From positions 6,360 through 70,359 of the IMG/VR virus record IMGVR_UViG_3300029568_000166: a DNA stretch of 64,000 nucleotides, one strand, 5' to 3'. The notes below the pieces were generated by a model. The model worked only from the letters and a program-made list of their open reading frames with translations. It did not search any database and was not told the origin of the DNA. Shown here piece by piece: positions 21,501 through 30,497 of this stretch. The position numbers and the translations under genes are program-made. This DNA is from a virus. How positions within the stretch are numbered: the first letter of the stretch is position 1; each line of letters opens with the position of its first letter.

Positions 21501-24500
21501 ATCTTTTTATAAGATCATTAGAACCGGAGGCATTAGATGGTATGAGTTTGATGAACAGGATGAAAACGGAGATTTACTAATTAGCGTTGGAAATTGCCCT
21601 TGCAGTTTTGATATTTGTGGACCATTGTGCAATGGTTGTGTATCAAAAAGTATGTATCCTACAGGTGTATATGATCACCAAATCCTAGAGGCTGCACCTA
21701 ATGGTTTTCCTGGTGTTCCTTATCCTCAGTGTGTAACCGTTCCAGGGGTCGAGGACAATTCGGATCCTCCAGAACCTATAATTTTGTGGTGTCCTTCTAG
21801 TGAAAGTTCTGTTGACTGTGGGACAAATTGTACCTATACTTCAAGATGGGCTAGTAGTCTTTCTCTTGGCTGGATGCGATTAAATGATGGAGATTGTCCA
21901 GGTAATTGTTCTTGTGATGGTGCTCCCTCAGAATTTCCAGCAACTTGGGGTCAAACCTCTAGTGCGGATTGTAGATGCACAAAAAGTTCTAGTGGCCCTA
22001 TGTACATTTCTGGATGGACAACTAATAGTGCTTATCCTGATTTATGTTGGCCTTTAAATAGTAGTTATGAATTTTATACTGAAAACTATGCTGTGTCGGC
22101 GTGTTCTGGAACTCCTGTAACTCCTGGTTTTAGGGCATACATGGATGGTTATACCGTCATACCTCATAAAAAGCCACAGCACAAATATGTATGGCTACCA
22201 AACACTAGCGGATTTATAGGTTCGCTTAGTCAGTATGTTGACAGCGATACAGCAGATGACCAGCAGGCTCTAAACACAATTATAGATTCTTTTCTTGGCA
22301 TAGACGCCTGTAATCCTGGTAAATATGACAGGTTTAATAAATCATATAGATGGCTTACAAGAGAGAATACCGGTAAGGCTCCTTGTCGCAAAAAACTTAA
22401 CAATAGCGATACTATTCCTAGCGGCGTTACCAGGACAATAGACGACTATTGTAGATCATATGGCTTCTATCAACAAAGACAACCTACTTGCCAAGTTTTT
22501 TATCGTGGCCAATATATCATGAGGGCCGCTGTTAAACTTGCAAGCCTGGATGGCGACACATATGGAGACGGTGATTGTGAAGTAGACCCAGGAGCATTAC
22601 TGCCAAACGGTAGTCATGTTGGTACAGACTGCGACCCTATAATTGAAGACATTGCCATATACTTGAATAAATTTGAGGCACAATTTGATATCAGTGTTGG
22701 TGCTCCGTATAATCAGGACTATCTTATTCCAGAACAACTCCCCATACCTGCGACCGGAGCAGACGGATTTTTGGAATCAAGAGCTGACAGCTGGAACTAT
22801 CCATCCCTTACTGGATTAGATAATACAAGATTCTTTGATCATGGTTTTTACGAGCCAAACAGATACAGCGAATTTATTGAGATGGAAATGCCTGAAAACC
22901 AGGAAGGTCTAGCTGTAGGTGATGAACCGGTGCTTACTCCTGTGTTTACTGTAAATCCTCTTTTCCATATTTATGATGTTGACGGTGGAGGCCATCTACA
23001 GGATTTTAGGGGAGGAGTAGATTTTGCAAATATTAATATTTGGGATTGGCCTGACCCTAGAGATAATTGTAGTGGAGTAAATGGCGGCACATGCCATGAG
23101 TACGATGTTCCTTTAGGTGTTCTTTACCCTTCTGGAAATGTTCCGTTGCCATCAAGTTTACTGCAAAACAAATTTATACTAGAACATCTATATCCCTGGG
23201 AAAACTATAGGGCTACAGATGATGTTGATCATTATGCTATGTTTAAGAATAATTCAGCAGAGTTGGCTCTGGGAGAAATAGAAGAGTGTCTTAATTGTCG
23301 TGGTTCTATATTGATTTATGATAAATCTGGAAATGAGGACGCATTAACAGGTGTCACATCAGTTCCAGACAGATATTGGGGAGGATCGTTTAACTATACA
23401 GACAGAAGAGTATTTTCTCAAGTATTTGATCCAGATACAGGGAGTCTTGAATCTGAAGAAGCAATAATTTTTAGAGCTTTTGGCATGGAGAACAACTCAT
23501 TTACTGTTCAAGCGTTCAAGGATGTAATAGATGATTATATTCAAGTTTGGACAGATGTTTTTGATCCTTATGCTATAAATATTCTCGGGGCTCTGCAGCA
23601 AGATATATTTAGAAGTATACTATGGAATATGCTTTTTGAAGGAGCAGCTAACCAAGCTTTAGCTGGGCTTACTAAAGTAGAGGTTATTTATCACGCTAAA
23701 ACAATTACTGAACCTACAAATAGTTATGATCCAGCAGGCACTGCTCATACTGTCTACAGATTATACACAGAGGATAGATGTGAGTATTACGAGAAAACGG
23801 GCTCTGTTAAAAGTGTCGAAGTAATCAATGGTGGTGCTGGTTACGCCTTTGAGATAGAAGAAAGAGTTGCACCAAGCGGAATTGTACAAAGCATACCAAA
23901 AGTAGAAATATCTGGCTCTACGACAGTTCAAGAAAGATATCGTAGAAGAGAAACATACACTCTTGATCAGATCGAACTGATTGGCTCAGGAATAGGCCAT
24001 ACGCTCAATGAAGTTATTAACATTAGATTCAATGATGCCGACGCAAGAAGAGATGGTGTTGTATACACACAACAGCCTTCTATCAGAATTACAGGAGTAG
24101 ATGAAGATGGTCATATAACCGGATATGAAATAGCAAATTCTGGAGAGTTTTATAAATACATTGGCACAGGACAACATAGAGCGTTCCCTACTGCAATAGT
24201 TCTAAATAACTATTGGGATTATCCTAATGGATCTCAAAATTTTGGCAGACATGCCAAGTTGGTGCCTGTGATAGGAGTAGATCCACAAGATCCTGGTAGT
24301 TATGGCAAAATAAAGAGGGTTGATGTTACGTTCGGAGGTATAGAGTATAAACAACCAGGGCAATACTGGGGAATTACCACTACTATGGGAGACTATGACG
24401 ATTATGGTAATTTAATAACAGGGCTAGACATACAGCATCTTGTTGATCCATGCAAGTTTAGAATTCACGGAGATGGTTTTACTTCAGAACAATTACAAGA

Positions 24501-25428
24501 ATCTGATGCCTGGTTAGGTGGAGCGAACAACGGACCTGATAGCGAGGTCTATTTTCCAGAAAGACAAGCTTTATATATTCCAAGTGCAAACGAGACGCAA
24601 CAAGCAACAGTTGGAAATCCTTTTACTCACAGTGTTAAGCATTATCTGAATACAAATTCTAGCATGACACCCACTAAGTGGGCAAATAAGGTTAAAGGAT
24701 GGGACACGGTTCTTGTTAGCGGTTCTTGTCCTGTTGATGCAAGTGGAGGCTTACTCAATAGAACATACAGCATGGCCCTTGTAGAAGAAGCTAGTATGTA
24801 TTACAACAGAACTCATCAGGGTTTTTGTAGTGACGCTTTGTGTGATCAACTTATAGATTACAACGATCCAAGTTGTACCGACCCTAATGCCGTTATACCA
24901 GGAGAATATAGGGTTAAGACTTGTGGAGATCCATGTCCTGTTTTTACTGTTTACGATGCGCACAGGTACAATATAGCTGGAACAAATAACTTGATGCACG
25001 ATATTAACGCCCAGCCAACTCCGTATCTCGTAGGGTGCAGTGAAAGAATACCTATCACAGACCCAGCGGTGGCATCATTGTTTTGCTATGATTTTTATCA
25101 GCAACCAGAAAACGGAGGTTCTGCTCAAACACAAGGATTTACTACTTGGAACATGATTGGCAGCAGCAAAGACTGGTGTAAGAGTGCTGAGTACAGTTTG
25201 TATGCAGAATTTGGAAAATGGCACGATGGAGGAACCCAAAACGATGTTAGACAAATGAGAATTAAATCCATTACATATGCCATGAAAGACCCAATAACAA
25301 TGACAGTTGCTTATAATGATGATACAGTTCCGGTGGAATATTCTGGCTGTAGTGACTTGCATCTTAGCGGTATTTGTGAGCCTTGTCCAAGTCCTACACC
25401 AACACCAACAGCAAGTTCGTTGCCATAA
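18589..25428 (+). CDS. Very large Cys-rich putative tail fibre/receptor-binding protein (2279 aa)
   Basis: Long ORF with many Cys/Pro/Asp/Gly. Repeated G-x-G-Y/H modules (GGLGYASGDTIDIRF.../GSGIGHTLNEVINIRF...). C-terminal PSPTPTPTASSLP. Confidence 0.55.
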   Translation: MLGGNQFKNNLGNQIIIKCHECGDTNLRYVGVARTDGHPSGYVCGNGHETWGGVDEFIDNDRWGQTDVEQTRVNDCCCESLGCDLPKSIKVNFNGLIGVQARESCGLQIPEDISTRVYMPYSHCGPCCDVTYDSSTNSAWSVDCGCDIVTGPCHTSDNTANANPVCVSDSRVVYSGCLLTSGIYTIETDNVSFYSDVPADRISTTETWGDSPFTGTWIGRGAACTDHGDCGTCPEPTITPGFFAGGYPYNYAAPFFIREIPGVLGNTWQNDGHSIRFVVREQTYLKYNDPCDHTKGCCRAWKRSYYIARRDHPTTDPTGNSGFTWTISDEGIGTKVVEWSCDDQDQSGGCAATWESPNIDLNALAQTLCDLSNTNFACTNCNNSVGEITYNICENEGARRFWPFRVPYFHSTSLNGYQLVRENAGDYPTYGECNCAGADYAISPCPENLQPGDPFVPDFCTRSITYPTCLQQGTDFCRDVDARYRVACANPTASFTGSLIGEGNKDLLNYRYSISLQGLNGAAQGGDIDSVRVNFSPISEGYRSSTYDSGGETWSYPLSPNALCVNAHRIGYVLQFGDPSPITPANNAFWNNPGHPLYPDGGAVGISRATIGQIFENSKTIVEQPHCLRRVRNPNLASTWPFYQVNTADVSEQTMILDRFYKTSNDFDWLWKDYLLAEPDVAEQAFINRQGDRGVVDFLNSQLFPYSMISRSGSVEEPEIVAIIHSESGVGGQVAFQTIPVSYDTDELIDPTDGLVPEKGFCPYKTRVTAYGYGVMYPLIDDPIWSEEIDTTDWWDIPYDPNNPIFDTTTIRRSAFEYPVFIPGTGYAIGDKIEFRCWKCLDDAAERGANPGEHESIWEEECVESIIATATITELNDERKPPKKVEQSISQGKITVAIDVSGTDRYYETYKLGGAVATGGLGYASGDTIDIRFEDTDGYDGIVHYEAFPSLEVTEVDDDGAIINTEILESGSFYKIIRTGGIRWYEFDEQDENGDLLISVGNCPCSFDICGPLCNGCVSKSMYPTGVYDHQILEAAPNGFPGVPYPQCVTVPGVEDNSDPPEPIILWCPSSESSVDCGTNCTYTSRWASSLSLGWMRLNDGDCPGNCSCDGAPSEFPATWGQTSSADCRCTKSSSGPMYISGWTTNSAYPDLCWPLNSSYEFYTENYAVSACSGTPVTPGFRAYMDGYTVIPHKKPQHKYVWLPNTSGFIGSLSQYVDSDTADDQQALNTIIDSFLGIDACNPGKYDRFNKSYRWLTRENTGKAPCRKKLNNSDTIPSGVTRTIDDYCRSYGFYQQRQPTCQVFYRGQYIMRAAVKLASLDGDTYGDGDCEVDPGALLPNGSHVGTDCDPIIEDIAIYLNKFEAQFDISVGAPYNQDYLIPEQLPIPATGADGFLESRADSWNYPSLTGLDNTRFFDHGFYEPNRYSEFIEMEMPENQEGLAVGDEPVLTPVFTVNPLFHIYDVDGGGHLQDFRGGVDFANINIWDWPDPRDNCSGVNGGTCHEYDVPLGVLYPSGNVPLPSSLLQNKFILEHLYPWENYRATDDVDHYAMFKNNSAELALGEIEECLNCRGSILIYDKSGNEDALTGVTSVPDRYWGGSFNYTDRRVFSQVFDPDTGSLESEEAIIFRAFGMENNSFTVQAFKDVIDDYIQVWTDVFDPYAINILGALQQDIFRSILWNMLFEGAANQALAGLTKVEVIYHAKTITEPTNSYDPAGTAHTVYRLYTEDRCEYYEKTGSVKSVEVINGGAGYAFEIEERVAPSGIVQSIPKVEISGSTTVQERYRRRETYTLDQIELIGSGIGHTLNEVINIRFNDADARRDGVVYTQQPSIRITGVDEDGHITGYEIANSGEFYKYIGTGQHRAFPTAIVLNNYWDYPNGSQNFGRHAKLVPVIGVDPQDPGSYGKIKRVDVTFGGIEYKQPGQYWGITTTMGDYDDYGNLITGLDIQHLVDPCKFRIHGDGFTSEQLQESDAWLGGANNGPDSEVYFPERQALYIPSANETQQATVGNPFTHSVKHYLNTNSSMTPTKWANKVKGWDTVLVSGSCPVDASGGLLNRTYSMALVEEASMYYNRTHQGFCSDALCDQLIDYNDPSCTDPNAVIPGEYRVKTCGDPCPVFTVYDAHRYNIAGTNNLMHDINAQPTPYLVGCSERIPITDPAVASLFCYDFYQQPENGGSAQTQGFTTWNMIGSSKDWCKSAEYSLYAEFGKWHDGGTQNDVRQMRIKSITYAMKDPITMTVAYNDDTVPVEYSGCSDLHLSGICEPCPSPTPTPTASSLP

Positions 25429-25447
25429 AATTAATAAGGAAAGAAAA

Positions 25448-25846
25448 ATGGTATGTGATTTTACAAAAGTTGGAAAATATTTGATTTGTAAAAAATGCGG
25501 AAGAAAACTTGATGAGGCTTCTGTGACTCGTCCGGTTGCTGTTTGCAGGATTCCGCCATCCTATAGAGTAAATTCTAAATATATTTACAACGATAAAATG
25601 AAAGGCCTTGGTGATTACCTGTCCCAAATATTTAAAACAATGGGATATGATTATCCAACATTAGGAAAAGTCAGAGCAAGGCTCACATTTCTTAACAAAA
25701 GAAGTTTGACATGGTGCAGAAACAACCAGGACATTATTGCGTCTTGGATCAAGGACGAATGCAAGAATAGAGAGATAGATATACTTCCGTCTGTAGCTAG
25801 ATCCATTGTCAGACTTGGTATACTAAAGACCTATTCTCAATCATAA
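25448..25846 (+). CDS. Small hypothetical protein (132 aa) with CKKC motif, last gene of tail operon
   Basis: Start reassigned from 25307 to ATG 25448, which follows AAGGA and avoids overlap with the previous gene. Confidence 0.65.
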   Translation: MVCDFTKVGKYLICKKCGRKLDEASVTRPVAVCRIPPSYRVNSKYIYNDKMKGLGDYLSQIFKTMGYDYPTLGKVRARLTFLNKRSLTWCRNNQDIIASWIKDECKNREIDILPSVARSIVRLGILKTYSQS

Positions 25847-27100
25847 GCTTCCAGTAATTTGTTCACACCATCCTTTTGATTCACTATGGGGCCAGACAAC
25901 CCAACTCTTGGGAGGAGTTAATGTTTCAAAGCTTCTCCATACTTTACAATATCCGTCTGGATCATTCATCATTCTTTGTACTTCATTCTTGTCTGCGTCT
26001 TGGCGATGCAGGTCTTCTCCTTTAGCATCTTTAAATGCTACCACCCAGAAATCATAGTCCTTCTCTGGGACCTGATGAAAGCCGATGTCAATACAATGCT
26101 TGAATAGGCTCGTAAGGCTTGCTGAGAAATCCTCGTCTGACAAACTCATATTCTCAAACTTTGGTAGACGATGCTTTACCACATCTTCCGTTATGGCTCG
26201 CTTAGAAAAATCAAGACCGGCAAACTTTTCATAATCCTCAAGAGTTCTCTCCGTGCCAAAACCATACTCACCAAAATCAACGTCTTGCTTTTCACCATCC
26301 ATGCCAAACAACTTACGATTTCTCAAATGAGAATCATTATTTCTCAAACCCCAACCAGGATCGTCGTCCCATTGCTTTGTTCTTCCCTTACGAGTATATT
26401 CATGCCAAGCCACAATCTTGTGAGGATAGAAAATGTCATAACCATGAGTGAAAGCCCGAACTGCAATACTAATTTCTTCTCCATGAAAATAATAGTTTGG
26501 ATCGTGAGGAACTTCTGTACAGAACTCACCCACACTAAAAGCAAAATGCGCGCTATAGAATCTACCAAGCATAGGTTTTGAAAGGTCATCTCCTTCGCTT
26601 TTGTTAAATGCTGCTGGCAGAAAGAATACGGCTCCTTCTGGGATATACCTGTCAAATGTCAGCTTCCAGGGAACATTAACTCGTCCAGCAGGATCGTTGT
26701 CTGGATCAAAGCTTGGGATGTATGCTGTAATCAAAGGTTTAGCGTGGCCCTCTTTTTGCAGATCAGTGAGCATTTGAATCAATGTTTCGTCCCAGTTTTC
26801 AGCAAAACGGTGATGGCTATCAAGTTGAAGCGTATACTTTTCTCCATTATATAGTCCTTGAACCTTGTGTCTAGCCCAACACACACCTTTAGATTCTTTA
26901 TAGTCGATGTCTATGATTCTAAAGTTTGGATTATCCTTATACTCATCTATAGTATCCCAGTCGTCCTGATCAGAATGCTGCCAAGCAATTCCGAACCTTA
27001 GGTTCTCTGGATATTTTGCCTTATCTAGACAATCTTTTAGAGTAGGTAGCAGTTGAGGGTCTCTATAAGACGCAATTTGAATAAAAATTGTATTTTCCAT
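25841..27100 (-). CDS. GlcNAc-transferase family glycosyltransferase (PF11397/GT60, Gnt1-like)
   Basis: IFIQIASYRD start, GVCWARH, LQLDSHHRF (DxH), YSAHFAFS, YFHGEEI, AVRAFTHGYD: the motif series of Gnt1-like GT-A enzymes. Confidence 0.8.
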   Translation of the reverse strand: MENTIFIQIASYRDPQLLPTLKDCLDKAKYPENLRFGIAWQHSDQDDWDTIDEYKDNPNFRIIDIDYKESKGVCWARHKVQGLYNGEKYTLQLDSHHRFAENWDETLIQMLTDLQKEGHAKPLITAYIPSFDPDNDPAGRVNVPWKLTFDRYIPEGAVFFLPAAFNKSEGDDLSKPMLGRFYSAHFAFSVGEFCTEVPHDPNYYFHGEEISIAVRAFTHGYDIFYPHKIVAWHEYTRKGRTKQWDDDPGWGLRNNDSHLRNRKLFGMDGEKQDVDFGEYGFGTERTLEDYEKFAGLDFSKRAITEDVVKHRLPKFENMSLSDEDFSASLTSLFKHCIDIGFHQVPEKDYDFWVVAFKDAKGEDLHRQDADKNEVQRMMNDPDGYCKVWRSFETLTPPKSWVVWPHSESKGWCEQITGSL

Positions 27101-27103
27101 TAA

Positions 27104-27934
27104 TTATCCTTTATTTTGTAGGTTTTCAAAAAAGTCAAAAACAAGGCCATGACCGGGAATCATTTGAATATTGCATTTATCCTCATAAAGATAAGACAAA
27201 ATTGTGTAAATAGATTCTTCTGTACCCATATATCCTGCATCTAGAGATTTGTGTGTAATTTTTCTAAACTCATCAGAAAAGAAAGCGCAGTCATTTCTTT
27301 TACCGCCAAAGAATGTTGCCCTGGCTACTCTATTTACATCACTAGTTTCAGCAAACTTGTGCATACCATCTTTTGCAAATCCATGAATTTCACCATAGTT
27401 TGTATAGGGGAAACAGAGGAATAGAAATTTTTCAAGATGTGGACACAACCTTTCTTCAAACCAGGGCTTAGAGAAATAACCTGGATGACATTGAGCATTT
27501 GCTATTCCAGCATCTATCCACACAAAATACTCAGAACCAAACATATTCTTTTCTGCTGCATCAGCAACCCAATGAATTTTGTTAAAGATTAAAGGGTTAT
27601 ACAATTCCAGATTTGCTTGTGTTGACTCTGATAGCCAACCAACTTGATTTCTCCATTCTGTATATGTTCTTATCTGTTGAATTTTGCTGTAGTATTCTGA
27701 ATCAGCGATATCTTCTTTGGTAATATTTTTTATGATAATGTTTTCTGACTTGATAGATCTTACCAATTCTTCATTTTCTTTTTCTATGTAAATAATGAGA
27801 TTTTTGTCTTTGAGGTTTTGCAGCAAAACGGATAAAGTGTCTAAGTATCTCTGGAAGCTCCTTGTGAACATTTTTGAGTCTAGATCCGATCTTTTTATGT
27901 CCACTAATGCCGTGACAAATGTGATTTTGCTCAT
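27104..27934 (-). CDS. HtrL/YibB (WlaTC-like) family putative glycosyltransferase
   Basis: ITFVTAL start, YNPLIFNKIHWV, FGSEYFVWIDAGI, ATFFGG, TEESI. Confidence 0.75.
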   Translation of the reverse strand: MSKITFVTALVDIKRSDLDSKMFTRSFQRYLDTLSVLLQNLKDKNLIIYIEKENEELVRSIKSENIIIKNITKEDIADSEYYSKIQQIRTYTEWRNQVGWLSESTQANLELYNPLIFNKIHWVADAAEKNMFGSEYFVWIDAGIANAQCHPGYFSKPWFEERLCPHLEKFLFLCFPYTNYGEIHGFAKDGMHKFAETSDVNRVARATFFGGKRNDCAFFSDEFRKITHKSLDAGYMGTEESIYTILSYLYEDKCNIQMIPGHGLVFDFFENLQNKG

Positions 27935-28683
27935 TTGAATTCCTCATATAGTTTCATATCATAATAGTTGATCTCTGCAAGAAAGTCTTTAATAGGGTTG
28001 GTTTTTTCTCCGTTTTCTTTTGCTTGATATCTTCCTTGATTAATATTGAACATTCCCACAAATGTTTCTAACACATCTTTATAGTGTTCGAAGACCCCTA
28101 TATATTTCATTTTCTCTAGACTAGTTTTTGCTTTTTGATAAAGTTCTTCATCTACTATAATATCTTCTGATAGGTCAGACCCTGAAAATACTTTTGTCAT
28201 GTAATTACTAAATCCATTTCGTTCATGATTGCATAAACCAGTTGTCATATTATCAGTGTAGTATCGAATAAAGTTTTCCCAGAATTTATCGTCTCTAGGT
28301 CCATATTTATCCTCGGATGTCATATACTTCTTAAAATTTCTTGCGCTAGTTACCTTTAGTATGAATGAAATCGCTCTGTCTACAGGATTTCTTAGAACAG
28401 TTACAAATTCATACCGATAGTCGCTGGGAAGAAATTCCTTGATATTAAGCGAAAAATGGCCAGAGAAAAGCTCACAGGTGCTCCAGTTTGGTATGGATAA
28501 TAACTTGTTCTGCAAGTCTTTTGATTTTGCAATGTTCTCGATTATTGCAACTTTATTTTGAACCTGATTGTTGGGTGTTCCAAAAAAATTAATAAATCTT
28601 TCTGGTCCCATATTTGCTAGGACCGACTCTAGATACGTTCCACCAGTTCTAGGCAAATGCACAAAACCTATTTTAGTATTCAT
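27931..28683 (-). CDS. Sulfotransferase family protein (Sulfotransfer_2-like, 250 aa)
   Basis: 5'-PSB motif FVHLPRTGGT and 3'-PB motif FVTVLRNPVDRAIS; C-terminal NYYDMKLY. Start reassigned to ATG 28683, coupled to the upstream stop. Confidence 0.8.
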   Translation of the reverse strand: MNTKIGFVHLPRTGGTYLESVLANMGPERFINFFGTPNNQVQNKVAIIENIAKSKDLQNKLLSIPNWSTCELFSGHFSLNIKEFLPSDYRYEFVTVLRNPVDRAISFILKVTSARNFKKYMTSEDKYGPRDDKFWENFIRYYTDNMTTGLCNHERNGFSNYMTKVFSGSDLSEDIIVDEELYQKAKTSLEKMKYIGVFEHYKDVLETFVGMFNINQGRYQAKENGEKTNPIKDFLAEINYYDMKLYEEFK

Positions 28684-30110
28684 CAGTTTTCTCTGCGTTC
28701 CTCTTTTGTGTAGTGTTCTACTCTGTTGTGGGTAAAAGGGCTGGCCAATAAAATACCAGGCTTGACTTTTCCTGCTATGGTCATTTGATAGATGTGACTC
28801 ATCCAAGTCTGTTCGTATGGGTGCTCCCATTTAGTATCAAGAAAACATTTCTGGTTTCCTTCTTTATTTATTATATGTGGCCAATTACAGTAGTACACTT
28901 CGCCTTCTGCATAAGGAATGCCATCATAAGTTTTGATATTTTTGTATTTTGTGTATGGTCTTTTTTTAGTGTTGGGGAAAATAGCGTCTCTTTTATCTGA
29001 CGCTAGATTATGCCAACTCCATTGTTCCGTGTTGTCCCCGTAGAATTCTGTAAAACACATCTTAAAGAAATCATAATTTTCTTTTGTAGTTATATTCATA
29101 CAGTTTTCAAAGGTGTTCGGAATATTTTTTGTGAAACCAGTACGGCATTTACCTTGGTGGTCTAACAACATATCGTCTTCAAAGAACATCATGTAATCAG
29201 CATCAGACTCACTAAAATGTTCTGCTGCCCATTGTCTTCCCCCACATATTCCTATATTGTCAAACTTATGCTCAACAATATCGTATTTTTTGCAGATATC
29301 TTGGTACTCTGAGAATTCTTTAATCGAATTGTTGATTAGTATCAAGTTTGTTTCTGTAAGAAAGTCTGTATCGTATTTTTCAAAAGAATCCAAAACCATT
29401 TGTAATTGCATAGGAGAGTTGTATGTTATGATATACAAATCTACATCTTTAGTGCTTTTAGGTTTTATTTTCTTTAGCTCACTAGTCCACACAGCAAGAC
29501 TTTCGGCTTTTTCTGATTTATACATTGACGGATCTTTTTCAATCATTAATGCAAATATTTCACTTGGTTCTGTAGCATTATTTTGATTGATTTGTGACTC
29601 TAGAGTATGATAGTATTCTGCGTTGCCTTTACGGATAGCGCTATTGTGACCACCAAAAAAACACTCTAGCACTTCCTGTTCGTTTTCTAGAAAGAGCATT
29701 CTGCTGGATTTTCTTTTGATGTTTCTAAGCAAGTTTTCTGTAAACAGTGATTCGGAATTATCCTCATATTCTACCCAAAAAGAATAACTGTTTTGGAAAG
29801 GAGAGTTATTAATCGAATCGTGAAGCATAAACATCTTGCTTAGTCTTAAGCATTTGTTTTCGTCTTTCTTTCCTAATATAGAGGCTACCTTTTCGTCAAA
29901 AGGGAAAAACGGATATGAAAAATCTCTTTTCTCTTTTTTGATAATAGTGGTATTGGCTAGGTCTCTATTATTACGAACAAATTCTGCTCCAGTTTCATCT
30001 GTGTAAACAATCAGGTCGTGGTCTTTTAGATTTTCAAGCAAAGACAGAAATTGTTTTTCATTAGAGTCTTGCCAGAAACCCGTAACAAAACTTAGGTTGT
30101 ATATTGACAT
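28683..30110 (-). CDS. Two-domain glycosyltransferase: HtrL-like N-terminus plus GT-A (GT2-like) C-terminus
   Basis: N-terminal FVTGFW, SYSFWVE and CFFGG blocks mirror the adjacent HtrL-like gene. C-terminal LYIITYNS, GICGGRQ, YMMFFEDD (DxD-like). Confidence 0.65.
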   Translation of the reverse strand: MSIYNLSFVTGFWQDSNEKQFLSLLENLKDHDLIVYTDETGAEFVRNNRDLANTTIIKKEKRDFSYPFFPFDEKVASILGKKDENKCLRLSKMFMLHDSINNSPFQNSYSFWVEYEDNSESLFTENLLRNIKRKSSRMLFLENEQEVLECFFGGHNSAIRKGNAEYYHTLESQINQNNATEPSEIFALMIEKDPSMYKSEKAESLAVWTSELKKIKPKSTKDVDLYIITYNSPMQLQMVLDSFEKYDTDFLTETNLILINNSIKEFSEYQDICKKYDIVEHKFDNIGICGGRQWAAEHFSESDADYMMFFEDDMLLDHQGKCRTGFTKNIPNTFENCMNITTKENYDFFKMCFTEFYGDNTEQWSWHNLASDKRDAIFPNTKKRPYTKYKNIKTYDGIPYAEGEVYYCNWPHIINKEGNQKCFLDTKWEHPYEQTWMSHIYQMTIAGKVKPGILLASPFTHNRVEHYTKEERREN

Positions 30111-30112
30111 TT

Positions 30113-30436
30113 TTACTTCTTAGGGGGTGTCCACTTGTACCATCCGAAATCGGGAAGCCATTCGTTATTTTCGTCTCGACGCTTTGGAAATAGGGTTCCG
30201 CCCTTCTTGTGCTGACCAAACGACAGCAAACCACCACAACTGTTGCACTTCATTTCGTAATAATCGTTACCTTCTACTGTGCGGCAAACAAATTTTAAGT
30301 CTTCCTTCTTGCAGATACCGCAGCACCTTTCCCCAAAGATTTCCTGGATCATAGCCAGTTCCTTGAATACTTCTTTTTGTCCGTTGCCTTCAACTTCAAA
30401 TGTCAGTTTGTCGTTTGCTCTATAGTGTAGTTTCAT
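30113..30436 (-). CDS. Hypothetical protein (107 aa) with CxxC...CxxC zinc-ribbon
   Basis: CGIC and CNSC motifs; AAGGAG RBS before ATG 30436. Confidence 0.7.
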   Translation of the reverse strand: MKLHYRANDKLTFEVEGNGQKEVFKELAMIQEIFGERCCGICKKEDLKFVCRTVEGNDYYEMKCNSCGGLLSFGQHKKGGTLFPKRRDENNEWLPDFGWYKWTPPKK

Positions 30437-30468
30437 TTTTTCTCCTTGTAGAATGACCAATAATAGTT

Positions 30469-30497
30469 ATTATAGTTGTTTTAGCTATTGTTGTCAA
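30469..30497 (-). promoter_or_regulatory. Sigma70-type promoter TTGACA-N17-TATAAT
   Basis: Perfect consensus on the - strand upstream of the 107-aa gene and the four glyco/sulfotransferase genes. Confidence 0.85.

Noticed and set aside
792-25394. Dozens of 60-140 aa - strand ORFs inside the tail genes
   Set aside because: They are antisense shadows of long + strand genes, with no RBS or motifs.
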